Shown: positions 29,562-40,947 of the stretch, piece by piece
Numbering within the stretch: the first letter of the stretch is position 1
Layout of the letters: each line of letters opens with the position of its first letter
Program-made: the position numbers and the translations under genes
NCBI GenBank assembly: GCA_963663275.1
Contig: OY760183.1
Location: forward strand, 416,001 to 480,000
Origin: Chloroflexota bacterium
GTDB lineage: Bacteria > Chloroflexota > UBA11872 > VXOZ01
DNA: 64,000 bases
Reading direction: 5' to 3'
The notes under the pieces: generated by a model
The model's database searches: none
What the model saw: only the letters and a program-made list of their open reading frames with translations
Told to the model about the DNA's origin: nothing

Positions 29562-32267
29562 ATGAAAAAACGAGAAGACTTCCAAAACCGGGCGTTGGCC
29601 CAACTGCTTACCGCACAGGGCGTGCCGTCGGACTATGAGCAGCGTGCGGGCCGCAAGCGGATGGACGTGGTCGCGACCGTGGACGGCCTGCGCGTTGTGC
29701 TGGAGGCGGAGACCGGCTTTCACCGCAAGGCGCAGGCTATCAAGGACGCCGACGCCCGTTTGCGCCAGCAACTGACGACGGTCGTATTCGCGGTCTGCTA
29801 TCCGGAGGGCGTAACGGAGGAGAATCTGGCCGCGGCCACGCTCACGTGGACGATGCGCATGAAAGCGGGAGCGCCGTCCGGCGAGTGGGCGACCGGCAGC
29901 GTAGGTGAACTGGCGCGGGCAGTGCAGCAGGCGCCGCATTCCCTCAGCGGCGCGGACGTTGCGGCGCAAATGCTCTCGGACGACCTGGACGAGGTGGTGC
30001 AGCGGCTGAAACTGCACGACCGGCAAGCCTTGGCGCTGGCGCTCGACCTGCCCGCCACCAAGCCCGGCGCAGGAGGCAAGGAAGACAGCTACTTCGTCGC
30101 CGCCAAGCGCGCCATGCTGGTGGTGGCTACGGCGATGCTCTTCCACCAGCGGGTGCAGGAACACCTGCCCGACCGGCCTCCCGACGGTTTCGACGGAGCA
30201 TGGCCGCCGGCCAGCGCCACCGACTGCGCCGAGCGCAGCGCGCCGATCAACGCCTTCCGTGAAGCGTGGCGCGCCATCCTGGCCGTGGACTACCGCCCGG
30301 TCTTCGAGACCGGACGGGTAGCCTTGGCGGCGCTGGCAGCCAACCCGGATAACGGCCAAGCGGTCCGCAGCTTAGGAGAAACGGTAGCGCGGGTTTCAGA
30401 GCGCGTGACGGGCCTGCGCCATGATCTCTTGGGGCGCATCTTTCACCGCGTTCTCGATACCGCCCGCTACGACGGCTCGTTCTACACCTCCACCGCGGCG
30501 GCGGTGCTCTTGGCGTCGCTGGCTCTCCGCGAACAAGACGCCGACTGGTCCGACGCCGACGCCGTTGCCGCGCTGCGGATCTGCGATCCCGCCTGCGGCA
30601 CGGGAACGCTGCTCATGGCTGCCGCCGAGCGCATCCGCGACCTCCGCAACGCCGCCGGGCGCGGCAACTCCGCTGAGGAAGAAGCGCTCGGCTTGATCCT
30701 GGTAGAGGACGTGCTATGGGGCTACGACGTGAACCTGACCGCCACGCACATGGCCGCCAGCACGCTGGGCATGTTGTCCCCCAAGACGAAGTTCGACCGC
30801 ATGAACGTTCACCGGGCGCTGCTTGGCGTGTTCGACGGCATGCCCTATCTCGGCTCCCTGGATTTCCTCTCCGGCCAAGCCCGTCTCGCTTCCTGGCCGT
30901 CCGCCACACAGCAGGTTGAAAGCGAGCGGGAAGAAGCCGAGCCGCCGCCGCCAATGGACCTGGTGATCATGAATCCGCCATTTACTCGTGATAGTCTCCG
31001 TCATGATCAGTTCACCAGCAATGACGAAGAGAGCATAAAGCAGCGGGAAAAGGAGCTATTTTCGGGACAGGACTATAGAGCAGCAGCCCGTCTTCATTCC
31101 TCAGGTGGCGCATTTGCAGTCTTGGCCGAAAAACTGCTAAAAGCCGATTCTGGCACACTGGCGTTAGTTCTACCTTCCGTGGTCCCTACTGCGCCAGGGA
31201 ATCTAGAATTGCGTAAGTACATGGCGGAGCGGTTCCACATAGACACTATCGTCAGTTCCCACGACCCGCAGCGCATCTTCCTCTCGGAAAACACCAGCAT
31301 CGGCGAGATCCTGCTGATTTGCCGCCGGTGGCGCGGCGGACCCAAGCCCCCAACGCGGGTGGTCAACTTGGCGCACAATCCGGCTACGCCCGTAGAAGCC
31401 CTGGACACCGCCGCGCGCATAGAGCGCACGTCTTGGGCGGACGAAGCGCAATCACATGACTTTACCGTGCAGCGCGTAGACCCTGCGCGCATCCAGCGGG
31501 GCGACTGGTTCGCCGTCAACTTCCTATCGCCGTTTCTGGTGGAAGCCTATCGCACGCTCAGCGAGACAGAGACGGCATCCGTTCCGATGGTGTCGTTGAG
31601 CGATCTCGCGGAAGTTGGGCCGGAAGGAAGACGCATACGGGACTCGTACAGGCGCTCGGACATGCCCACCAAATCAGCCCGCCGTGCCCTCTGGCACCAC
31701 AAGTCGGACGTGACGGTGTCTATGCAAGCGAAGACCGACTCGTACATCGAACCCAAGAAGACGAAACGCCACCTCGCCGATCGGTATTGGAAGCAGCGCA
31801 GCCGCTTGCTGCTCCCTCATCGCCTTTGGTTACCCTTGGTACGTGTCGCTGCCGTCATGCTTCCAGAACGGGCCGTCGGCTCAATCTGGACTCCCTGCCG
31901 ACCCCACCAACCGGACATTGCCAAAGCAATATGCCTATTCCTGAACTCCACCCTCGGCCTGCTGTCTCTCCTGGGCGGACGTGACAATCGGAAACCGTCT
32001 TACCCATCCTTCTCACTGGACACCTTGCGCGGTCTGCGCGTGCCGGACTTCACCGCCATGGGGACCGCCGAACTGAAGTCACTTAACTCCTGGTTCAACT
32101 GGCTGCAAGAGCAGCCGCTGCTGCCTTTCCCACAAATGGCGGAAGACGTAGCGCGCCGCCAAATCGACGACGCAATCATCGAGGCGTTGCGCCTCGATCC
32201 CGACTGGGTCGCCACGATACGGCAAGAATTGGCGCGGGAACCGTCCGTGACAGACAAAAGGCTGTAG
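29562..32267 (+). CDS. Fused restriction-modification enzyme (Type IIG-like N6-adenine MTase with N-terminal nuclease-like domain)
   Basis: GSFYT, DPACGTGTLL, GYDVN and MNPPF motifs; N-terminal MD..VLEAE; C-terminal TRD-like LFLNS. Confidence 0.8.
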   Translation: MKKREDFQNRALAQLLTAQGVPSDYEQRAGRKRMDVVATVDGLRVVLEAETGFHRKAQAIKDADARLRQQLTTVVFAVCYPEGVTEENLAAATLTWTMRMKAGAPSGEWATGSVGELARAVQQAPHSLSGADVAAQMLSDDLDEVVQRLKLHDRQALALALDLPATKPGAGGKEDSYFVAAKRAMLVVATAMLFHQRVQEHLPDRPPDGFDGAWPPASATDCAERSAPINAFREAWRAILAVDYRPVFETGRVALAALAANPDNGQAVRSLGETVARVSERVTGLRHDLLGRIFHRVLDTARYDGSFYTSTAAAVLLASLALREQDADWSDADAVAALRICDPACGTGTLLMAAAERIRDLRNAAGRGNSAEEEALGLILVEDVLWGYDVNLTATHMAASTLGMLSPKTKFDRMNVHRALLGVFDGMPYLGSLDFLSGQARLASWPSATQQVESEREEAEPPPPMDLVIMNPPFTRDSLRHDQFTSNDEESIKQREKELFSGQDYRAAARLHSSGGAFAVLAEKLLKADSGTLALVLPSVVPTAPGNLELRKYMAERFHIDTIVSSHDPQRIFLSENTSIGEILLICRRWRGGPKPPTRVVNLAHNPATPVEALDTAARIERTSWADEAQSHDFTVQRVDPARIQRGDWFAVNFLSPFLVEAYRTLSETETASVPMVSLSDLAEVGPEGRRIRDSYRRSDMPTKSARRALWHHKSDVTVSMQAKTDSYIEPKKTKRHLADRYWKQRSRLLLPHRLWLPLVRVAAVMLPERAVGSIWTPCRPHQPDIAKAICLFLNSTLGLLSLLGGRDNRKPSYPSFSLDTLRGLRVPDFTAMGTAELKSLNSWFNWLQEQPLLPFPQMAEDVARRQIDDAIIEALRLDPDWVATIRQELAREPSVTDKRL

Positions 32268-32444
32268 AATGAACACGATTTCGAATTGAAATACTGCCCC
32301 GTTCGACTCATCCTCGCGGCGCAAGAGTGATACAATGTACCGTGGATGCTACATTGAGGGCAAGGGGAAGAGAAGAGGGACACGTTTGGAAGGGATACGG
32401 AGAAACGAAGGCCGCCGCAACATCCCTGCGGCTAGGCGGTAGGC

Positions 32445-32903
32445 GTGTCGGAACGACAGCCGATCTGGAGTTTGCCGCCAAAGGCAGCTACCGTCTACTT
32501 CATTCTGTTTCCCGCGCTGACGATTGTCGGATTGGTGTTTGTCGTTTCGGAGCAAGTGTCTTCCAACGATGAGTTTTCTCCGGCAGTGGGCGTCGCGATA
32601 TTTCAAGGCACGGCGGCGGTGGCGTTCGCGTCGGCGGCAGTTGCGTTCATCATTGTAGACGTAGGGGGAAGTCTCATGGGATTGGCAGTCATAGTTCAGG
32701 AGTTCAGAGAGCGGAAGCGGCAGGAAGCGGAGCAGAAGCGGCAAGAAGCGGAGCGGAAGATACAGGAAGATTTGGCAGATGCTCGCCGGGAGGAGCGGGA
32801 GCGCATCGTAGCCTTCTACCGCGAACACGCGGCCAAGACCGGCCAGGTGTTCGTGGAGCCGCCGGAAGACACGGCCACGCAGAACGGTTCGCCCCAACCC
32901 TGA
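32445..32903 (+). CDS. Hypothetical membrane protein (2 TM plus charged tail)
   Basis: Two hydrophobic helices then an ERKRQEAE repeat coiled coil. Confidence 0.65.
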   Translation: MSERQPIWSLPPKAATVYFILFPALTIVGLVFVVSEQVSSNDEFSPAVGVAIFQGTAAVAFASAAVAFIIVDVGGSLMGLAVIVQEFRERKRQEAEQKRQEAERKIQEDLADARREERERIVAFYREHAAKTGQVFVEPPEDTATQNGSPQP

Positions 32904-33192
32904 GCCTCGCTCTTCAGAGCGCCGCGGAACCGCCAGCGCAAGCCGGCGGTTCTCTTCATCTCTGCGACCTAACTCCTCTTTCCAGTCCACGCTGCTTTCG
33001 CCTTTGTCAAGCCGCAGCGTCTTCACAGCGCCCTCGTAGCCCAACACGATTGTATTGATGGGTAGCGTCGGTTTGTAACCTGCGCCATCTTGCCGTAGCG
33101 TGCAGCGACCGCGCCAAACCGAGGGGGCTGGGCACAGGTTACAAACCTGTGTTACCGGCGCTCCTACCCATCAAGGCAAAAATGTCGAACCA

Positions 33193-33900
33193 CTAGCGCT
33201 CGGCCATGACAAACTCCATTCCCGCGCGCAGGCGGGCGCGCCAGTGGTCTTCCAGCGGCTGGGACCACTCCGGATCCAGGTTTTTGGCCGTGGCGCAGAT
33301 GCTATCCAGCCAGAGTTCATAGAACTTAAGGATGATTCTGCGTCCGGCGCTTCTCTGGATTTTGCGGAGCCTCTCTAGCAGCGCGCTCATTTCCGGATCA
33401 GAAACGTCCTGGGTCACCATCAGGTAGACCGAATCCCGCATGAGTTTGCGCTGGCGGCCGAAGTCGGTCTGGGCAAAGAAGGGCGCGATTGCGGGGGTAG
33501 CCTTCGTGAAGTTGCCGTAGAAGATTTCCGCAAAGTCGCCGGCCGCCTCGCAACGCGCGAAACTCCGGCGCACCTCCTGTTCGGCAATGCCGCCCGGCGC
33601 GGGCGCGGCGTCGTCGTCCGGCGTGCGAAAGAAGTCGATCCGGCACTGCACCGGCCCGGCGAGGCGCAAATGATGCGGCATTTCCGGCTGAATGATGGCG
33701 TGATCCGGCGCCGCCACCTCGGTCTCCGCGCCGGTCGCCAGGTCCACGAAGCGCACGCTGCCCGCGGACACGCGCAACACGCCCCAGTGCCCCGGCCCCA
33801 GGGCATGCTCTCTTTGCAAGGGTTCCGGCATCGTATCTTCCGTGAAATCCAATGAACCGCCGGCGGGGACCAGCCCCGGCGGCAGGTTTTCAGGCGTCAT
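33193..33900 (-). CDS. DUF1971 (TehB/YeaR-type cupin)-globin fusion
   Basis: FTEDTMP..LQREH..GHWG.L.V..G...IQPEMPHHL..IDFF, then SFARC..DF..FY..F..FF.QTDF.RQ..W.DS..DPEW...W globin. Confidence 0.8.
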   Translation of the reverse strand: MTPENLPPGLVPAGGSLDFTEDTMPEPLQREHALGPGHWGVLRVSAGSVRFVDLATGAETEVAAPDHAIIQPEMPHHLRLAGPVQCRIDFFRTPDDDAAPAPGGIAEQEVRRSFARCEAAGDFAEIFYGNFTKATPAIAPFFAQTDFGRQRKLMRDSVYLMVTQDVSDPEMSALLERLRKIQRSAGRRIILKFYELWLDSICATAKNLDPEWSQPLEDHWRARLRAGMEFVMAER

Positions 33901-34490
33901 TATTGGTTTCCGTTCTCCTTGATGATAAGGATACGCCAGCATGACTATTGCGGGTTAAGCCCGGTTTGGCGCTCGCCGGTAACCCGCGGGCAATGAGCGC
34001 GTGCCGCGTGGCGCGCAGGTGCCATTGCTGCCGCGGAACCGGCGTCGGCGAGCGGACCCGGGTTAAGCCAATTGTACCGCGTATCCGCCTGCCGTATAGC
34101 GTGAGGCGCTCAGATCGTGCTGCTTTGCCCAGGCCGGCAGGCCGGAGGAGTAGCGCGCCGCCACTACGCGCGTATCCCTCGAACGACGTAGGGGCACGAC
34201 ATGTCGTGCCCCTACGTCGTTCTGGGTGTGGCCACAATCGCACAAACTGAGCAAAGGCATTCTTGCAATTTCCTTCCGCCTCAATGCGAATGCTTGCGGG
34301 ATACGTCCCGGCGCTACGCCCTGGATTCCTCGCTGCGCTCGGAATGACAGGCGACGCGCCCCTCGCGCTTACTCCTCACTTTCTCCTATCTCCCCGCCTT
34401 TTCAACATACGAATGACAGCTAAGCGGAGCAGCATGACGTAGCCCGCGCCGGATTGCATCCGGCACGGACACTGCCGGGGAAGCGAGCGT

Positions 34491-34519
34491 TTGACGAGCG
34501 CGCGGGGCTGTGTTAGCAT
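34491..34519 (+). promoter_or_regulatory. Putative promoter upstream of riboswitch
   Basis: TTGACG-17-TAGCAT with TG extension. Confidence 0.5.
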
Positions 34520-34593
34520 ACCCGTGACTGGCATGGAGGCATGAGGCGATGGCGCCGCAGGCCCGCCGGCATTAACAAGTGAATAATCCGTTG

Positions 34594-34719
34594 CCTTATC
34601 AAGAGAGGTGGAGGGAGACGGCCCTGTGAAGCCCGGCATCCCGGTGGACGCTTAGCGACTGCGTAGCGACCACGACAGGGTGCCAATTCCGGCCCCATGC
34701 GCATTGGGGCAAGATAAGG
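34594..34719 (+). ncRNA. SAM-I (S-box) riboswitch
   Basis: CCTTATCAAGAGAGGTGGAGGGA..GGCCCTGTGAAGCCCGGCA...GGTGCCAATTCC...AAGATAAGG; P1 CCTTATC/GATAAGG. Confidence 0.93.
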
Positions 34720-34734
34720 GAAGTATTGCGATAT

Positions 34735-34778
34735 ACAACCCCTCTCTATAAGGAAAGAGAAAGGGGTTGTTCTTATTT
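34735..34778 (+). terminator. Riboswitch expression-platform terminator
   Basis: ACAACCCCT...AGGGGTTGT stem plus TCTTATTT directly after P1. Confidence 0.7.
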
Positions 34779-35267
34779 AATGAGCGTCTTGCTAATGGAA
34801 AAGAACACGTTGCAAAAGGAAAAGCCGCCTTGCGAGGGCGCGCCGGCCGCGCTGAGCGGCAGGATGCGGTATGGCGCCGCGCGGCGCGTGTTGACGACGG
34901 ACGCCGGCGGGTTGCCGCTCATGCCCCGCCGCGGGCGCATTGATTTCGTACATAAACGCTAACGCAGCCGCGGCCGGGCGATGGCGCGCAGCCGAACCAA
35001 AGACCCTCACCCCGGCCCTCTCCCAGCGGGAGAGGGGGATAGGAAGCCGACGAGCGGCTGCGTGCCGTGGGAGGCTCTTGCATAGGGTGGTTGGAAGGCA
35101 ATGCGTTCCCTCTCCCTGGGGAGAGGGTTAGGGTGAGGGGAAAAGGTGAGTGCCAGGGAAGAGTCTGCGGTAACTCCTCACAATCCAGCGGCCTCGAACG
35201 TTAGGCAAAGGCCGCCACAACAACAGGCAAGATTACGACAATTCCGACGAAAGAGAGACACACCCTG

Positions 35268-36530
<1,263 letters not shown>

Positions 36531-36555
36531 GCATAAGGAGACGAAGGACAAGACG

Positions 36556-36840
36556 ATGGCAAATGCCGTAAAGATTCCCACCCCGCTCCGTCCCCTGGCC
36601 GGCGGCAAGGCCGAGGTTACCGTGGAGGGCGCGGGCACGATCGCGGAACTGATCGAGAAACTGGACGAGGCCCACGAGGGCTTTACGGCGCGTATGTGCG
36701 ACGAAGACGGCGAACTGCGCCGCTTCATCAACATCTACGTGCGCGGCGAGGACATCCGCTTCATGGACGGCCTGGCAACACCGCTCGGCGACGGCGATGA
36801 GGTCTCGATTGTGCCCGCCGTCTCCGGCGGAACGGCCTGA
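36556..36840 (+). CDS. MoaD/ThiS/CysO-family ubiquitin-like sulfur carrier
   Basis: IPTPLR, RRFINIYV.GEDIRF, VSIVPAVSGG-TA. Confidence 0.92.
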   Translation: MANAVKIPTPLRPLAGGKAEVTVEGAGTIAELIEKLDEAHEGFTARMCDEDGELRRFINIYVRGEDIRFMDGLATPLGDGDEVSIVPAVSGGTA

Positions 36841-36882
36841 ACCGGCTTAGGCCCGAACGACAGTGAGCACAAGGAGATACCG

Positions 36883-37674
36883 ATGCCGAGTAAAGTGGCG
36901 GCGCAGATGTACACCGTGCGGGACCACACCAAGACGCGCCAGGATCTGGCCGATTCGCTCCGCAAGATCAGCCGGATGGGGTACGAGGCGGCGCAGTTCT
37001 CCGCCGTGGGCGCGCTGGAGAGCGCAAACCCCGAGCTTACGGTGCACGAGGCCAAGCGGATGCTGGACGACAACGGTATCCGCTGCATTGCCACCCACCG
37101 CAGTTGGGACGACCTGGCAAACAACACCCAGGCCGAGATCGACTACCACGGCGTGCTGGAATGCGATTACGTGGCCATCGGCGGCATTCCCCAGCCGTAC
37201 CGCAGCCAGGGCGAGCGGGGCTACCGCGCCTTCCTGGAGGCGGCGCGGCCGGTCATCCGAAAACTCAAGGCCGGCGGCCTGACCTTTGGCTACCATAACC
37301 ACGCCCACGAGTTCGAGCGCATCGCGCCCGGCCCCAAGACCCTGATCGACATCTTCATCGAGGAAGGCGGGCCGGACTTTACCCTGGAGTTCGACGTCTA
37401 TTGGGTCGCCCACGCCGGGGCGAATCCGGCGAAACTTCTCAGCCAGGCCTCCGGCCGCGTGCCGGTAATCCACGCCAAGGACAAGGAAGTGGACGCCAAA
37501 GACGGCCCGGTGATGTGCCCGGTGGGCGAGGGCAACCTGGACTGGGACGGCATCATCGCGGCGGGAGATGAGGCGGGGGTGCAATGGTACGCCGTGGAGC
37601 AGGATACCTGCCGGCGCGATCCGTTCGATTGCCTGCGGTCGAGTTTGGAGTTCCTGACGGCGAAGGGCGTATAG
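36883..37674 (+). CDS. Sugar phosphate isomerase/epimerase (xylose-isomerase-like TIM barrel)
   Basis: QMYTVRD, YHNHAHEF, EFDVYW, IHAKD, VGEGNLDW, VEQD. Confidence 0.88.
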   Translation: MPSKVAAQMYTVRDHTKTRQDLADSLRKISRMGYEAAQFSAVGALESANPELTVHEAKRMLDDNGIRCIATHRSWDDLANNTQAEIDYHGVLECDYVAIGGIPQPYRSQGERGYRAFLEAARPVIRKLKAGGLTFGYHNHAHEFERIAPGPKTLIDIFIEEGGPDFTLEFDVYWVAHAGANPAKLLSQASGRVPVIHAKDKEVDAKDGPVMCPVGEGNLDWDGIIAAGDEAGVQWYAVEQDTCRRDPFDCLRSSLEFLTAKGV

Positions 37675-38026
37675 TTCGCTCCACGGGCGCGTGCTGACTG
37701 ACGGAACGATGCCCCCTCACCCTAGCCCTCTCCCTGAGGAGACCTTTGCGAAACCTCGCTGAGAGGCGAACAGTTCCCTCTCCTGGGGGAGAGGGTTAGG
37801 GTGAGGGGAGATTCTGCGGCGACTCATACCCAAGTCTTGCGAAATGGGGTGGAACCGGCGAAGATTCCCCCCTCACCCCGGCCCTCTCCCCAGGGAGAGG
37901 GGGTTTCTTGACTGCCGGCCTGGCTATGCAAAGGTCTACCAGGGAGAAGGAATCGCTCGCGCTGCGGCGAGGCTGGGCTAAGGTCTCGTGAGGGAATGAT
38001 GCAAGTGGCAGAGCGCGGAAGGGCGC

Positions 38027-38338
38027 TCACACGCGCACGTAGCGGCTGGCGTCTAGGACGAAAGCGATGCCGCGGTTGTCGCCGGTCTGGCCGCGGCCGG
38101 TAAGGGGTTGGCCGCTCACGTGCTCGCGAATCACATCCAGGGTTTCATCCACCTGGTGGGCCGGCACGCCCACAAGCAGCGTCACGTTGCCCCGGCGCAG
38201 GAAACCTCCCGCCGTATTGATGCGCGTGTTGCCGACGTGCCGCTTGACCAACTCCGCCACGATCGCGTTCGCGTCGTCGTTGCGCACAACGGCAATGATG
38301 AGTTTCTCCACCTGGGGTGGCTGTGGTTGCGGTTGCAT
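38027..38338 (-). CDS. Cyclic-di-AMP receptor, PII-like (DarA/PstA/YaaQ family)
   Basis: KLIIAVV..DD, TAGGFLRRGNVTLLVGV. Confidence 0.88.
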   Translation of the reverse strand: MQPQPQPPQVEKLIIAVVRNDDANAIVAELVKRHVGNTRINTAGGFLRRGNVTLLVGVPAHQVDETLDVIREHVSGQPLTGRGQTGDNRGIAFVLDASRYVRV

Positions 38339-38485
38339 GGCATGTCTCCGGCTGCCGCGTCGCAGCAACGGTTACGCCCCTCCTCCCCACAGCGCAAACC
38401 ATCCCGCTCTGAATCGCTATGCGGACGGGTATGGTGTGGGCGCGGGTAAAGGGCGTGGATGCGGCGGCGCGCGTTTCTCTTGCTT

Positions 38486-38562
38486 TGGTCGGGGCGGGCG
38501 GATTTGAACCGCCGGCCTCAGCGTCCCGAACGCTGCGCTCTACCAGGCTGAGCCACGCCCCG
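38486..38562 (-). tRNA. tRNA-Pro (CGG)
   Basis: Reverse complement CGGGGCGTGGCTCAGCCTGGTAGAGCG CAGCG-TTCGGGA-CGCTG AGGCC GGCGGTTCAAATCCGCC CGCCCCGACCA. Confidence 0.96.
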
Positions 38563-38769
38563 CTTACTCCGTTATTCTAGCAGGTCTGGCCGCTTGCCTC
38601 AATAGCCGTTGGCGTTGGCCCTCATCGTGGAGGGCCGTGGGTAACGCCCGCAGGCGCGTTGGAACCGGCTGAACCGGCGAAGTTTTCCCCTCACCCCGGC
38701 CCTCTCCCCAGGGAGAGGGGGTCTTTTCGCCGCCGAGTCTCGTTTTATGCAAAGGTCCCCTGGGGAGAG

Positions 38770-38916
38770 CTGACAGGGGTAGGCATTCTACATCCGACTT
38801 CACGTGTCATTCCGAGCGGAGCGCAGCGGAGAGAGGAATCTAGGGCGGGGAGCCGCAAGTCTAGCAATTCTAGATTCCTCGCTCCGCTCGGAATGACAGT
38901 TGCCTACCCCTGTCAG
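38770..38916. mobile_element. MITE family A copy inside an E/B repeat cluster (38688-39000)
   Basis: Perfect CTGACAGGGGTAGGCA / TGCCTACCCCTGTCAG TIRs. Confidence 0.85.
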
Positions 38917-39098
38917 CCCCAGGGAGAGGGAGTGTCTTCGCCGCCGTGTCTCGTGCCGGGTATCGTTATGCAAGAGTCTCCCCAGGGAGAAGGGGTTTTT
39001 CGCCGGCTGTCTTGGCGATGAGCGCGGCGCGATAGGTGCTGGCCGCCGGTTGCAGTATGATAGAGGCGCACGCAACAACAACCACAAGGAGGAAGCCG

Positions 39099-40034
39099 GT
39101 GAGAGCGGATTTTCTCGAGCGTCTGGCGCAGGGGCCGCTGCTGGGCGACGGCGCGTACTATCTTGAACTGGAACGCCGCGTGATAGGCAGCTATGCCTCC
39201 CACATTCCCATGGCGGTACTGGACTATCCGGAAGCGGTGCTGGAGATGCACCACGAGTTCGCCCGGGCGGGCGCGGAACTCTTGCAGGCGATGTCCTGGG
39301 GGGTGCGCCCCTTTGGGCGGGAGGCGGAATTGCACCGCGCGGCGGTGGAGTTGGCCCGCGAGGCCGCCGGGCCGGAGCGTTACGTGGCCGGCACCGTCAG
39401 CCAGTTCATCTACTCCGGCTCCTCCAAGTGGGCGCCGCTGACGGCGGACGACCGCAAGCGGGCGCAGGAGTTCTTCGCCCGGCGGGTCGCGGAGCAGATG
39501 GACCCCGGCGTGGACGTCTTCATCGTCGAGACTTTCTATTCGGTGGAAGAGGCCAGCCTGGTCATCCCCTTCGTCAAGGAAGCGGGCGTGCCGGCCGTGG
39601 TCACGCTGACCTACCGCGACAGCGAGTTCACCCGCGACGGCTACGCTCCGGTGGAAGCGGCGCAACGCCTGGTGGACAACGGCGCCGACGTGGTCGGCCT
39701 GAACTGCATGAGACCCTGGCAGACCATGAACGACATGGCCCGGCGCATCCGGCAGGCGGTCTCCGTGCCCATGTGCGTCCAGCCCACCGCGTATCAACTG
39801 GAACCCGGCGAGGTCTTCACCCAAGCCATCAGCCGCGCCGGCCTCTATCCCAGCGTGGAACCGCGCGTGCTCTCCCGCTTCGTCATGGCGGAGTACGCCA
39901 AGGAGGCGGAAGGCGTCGGCATCGAGTTCATCGGCGCGTGCTGCGGCGCGCTGCCCTACCACGTGCGCGCCATGGCGGAGGCGCTGGGCAAGCCGGTGGG
40001 CCTGCCGGACGCCAAGCGCGGCTACCAGGTGTAA
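39099..40034 (+). CDS. Homocysteine S-methyltransferase family protein (BHMT-like)
   Basis: GDGA, HHEFARAGA, FIVETF, GLNC and GACCG Zn ligands; AAGGAGG RBS before GTG. Confidence 0.88.
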   Translation: MRADFLERLAQGPLLGDGAYYLELERRVIGSYASHIPMAVLDYPEAVLEMHHEFARAGAELLQAMSWGVRPFGREAELHRAAVELAREAAGPERYVAGTVSQFIYSGSSKWAPLTADDRKRAQEFFARRVAEQMDPGVDVFIVETFYSVEEASLVIPFVKEAGVPAVVTLTYRDSEFTRDGYAPVEAAQRLVDNGADVVGLNCMRPWQTMNDMARRIRQAVSVPMCVQPTAYQLEPGEVFTQAISRAGLYPSVEPRVLSRFVMAEYAKEAEGVGIEFIGACCGALPYHVRAMAEALGKPVGLPDAKRGYQV

Positions 40035-40197
40035 CTGCCGGTACGCCGGCGGGGCGGCGCGTCGAACCGCATCCCGCCGCGAGGCAGTGCGCGCATCCGT
40101 AATGCCCGGCTGGACTGCCTGCGCACAAAAGGGTGATAGAGTGGAAGCGCGTGTGGTATAAAGGGAGTGAGAAAGTCAACACAACGAAAAGGGCATG

Positions 40198-40533
40198 ATG
40201 GCGACGACAGAGCAAACAACCCCTCTCGGCGAACGGGTCAGCCGCATCGAGGGCGGCTACGAGCACTTGGCGACGAAAGCCGACCTCGCGCGTGTGGAAA
40301 CCGACCTTGCCCAGATGAGAGCCGAATCCAAAGCCGACATTGCCGAGTTGGATCGAAAGATAGCCGGGCTGGAAGGCAAGATAGCTGGGCTGGATGGCAA
40401 GGTTGTTGGACTGGAAGGCAAAGTTGAAGCACTGCACGGCGAAATTCGCGGCATCAAGTGGTGGATCGTCTCCGCCGCAGCCGCAATCGTAGCCATTGTC
40501 GGTTTGGCTGAACTGCTGCCGCTCGGCGGCTGA
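40198..40533 (+). CDS. Heptad-repeat coiled-coil membrane protein (LATKADL neck), copy 1
   Basis: HLATKADL, 21-nt repeats, C-terminal TM. Confidence 0.75.
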   Translation: MATTEQTTPLGERVSRIEGGYEHLATKADLARVETDLAQMRAESKADIAELDRKIAGLEGKIAGLDGKVVGLEGKVEALHGEIRGIKWWIVSAAAAIVAIVGLAELLPLGG

Positions 40534-40569
40534 ACCACGTGTGCGAAAGCGCACACTGGAGATTGAACG

Positions 40570-40947
40570 ATGGCGACAACAGAGCAAACAACCCCTCTCG
40601 GCGAACGGGTCAGCCGTATCGAAGGCGGCTACGAGCACTTGGCGACGAAAGCCGACCTCGCGCGTGTGGAAACCGACCTTGCCCAGATGAGAGCCGAATT
40701 GAAGGCCGACATTGCCGGGCTGGATCGAAAGATAGCCGGGCTGGAGGGCAGGGTTGTTGGGCTGGAAGACAAGGTTGTTGGGCTGGATGGCAGGGTTGCC
40801 GGGCTGGAGGGCAGGGTTGTTGGGTTGGAAGGCAAGGTTGAGGCTTTGCGCGGCGATGTCCGCGGCATCAAGTGGTGGATCGTCTCCGCCGCAGCCGCAA
40901 TCGTGGCGCTTTCCGCTTTGGCCCAACTGCTCCCGCTCGGCGGCTGA
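40570..40947 (+). CDS. Heptad-repeat coiled-coil membrane protein, copy 2
   Basis: Tandem paralog with near-identical 5' half and two extra heptads. Confidence 0.75.
   Translation: MATTEQTTPLGERVSRIEGGYEHLATKADLARVETDLAQMRAELKADIAGLDRKIAGLEGRVVGLEDKVVGLDGRVAGLEGRVVGLEGKVEALRGDVRGIKWWIVSAAAAIVALSALAQLLPLGG

Noticed and set aside
38486-38562. tRNA-Pro as an island attachment site
   Set aside because: I found no duplicate of the tRNA 3' end and no integrase in the window
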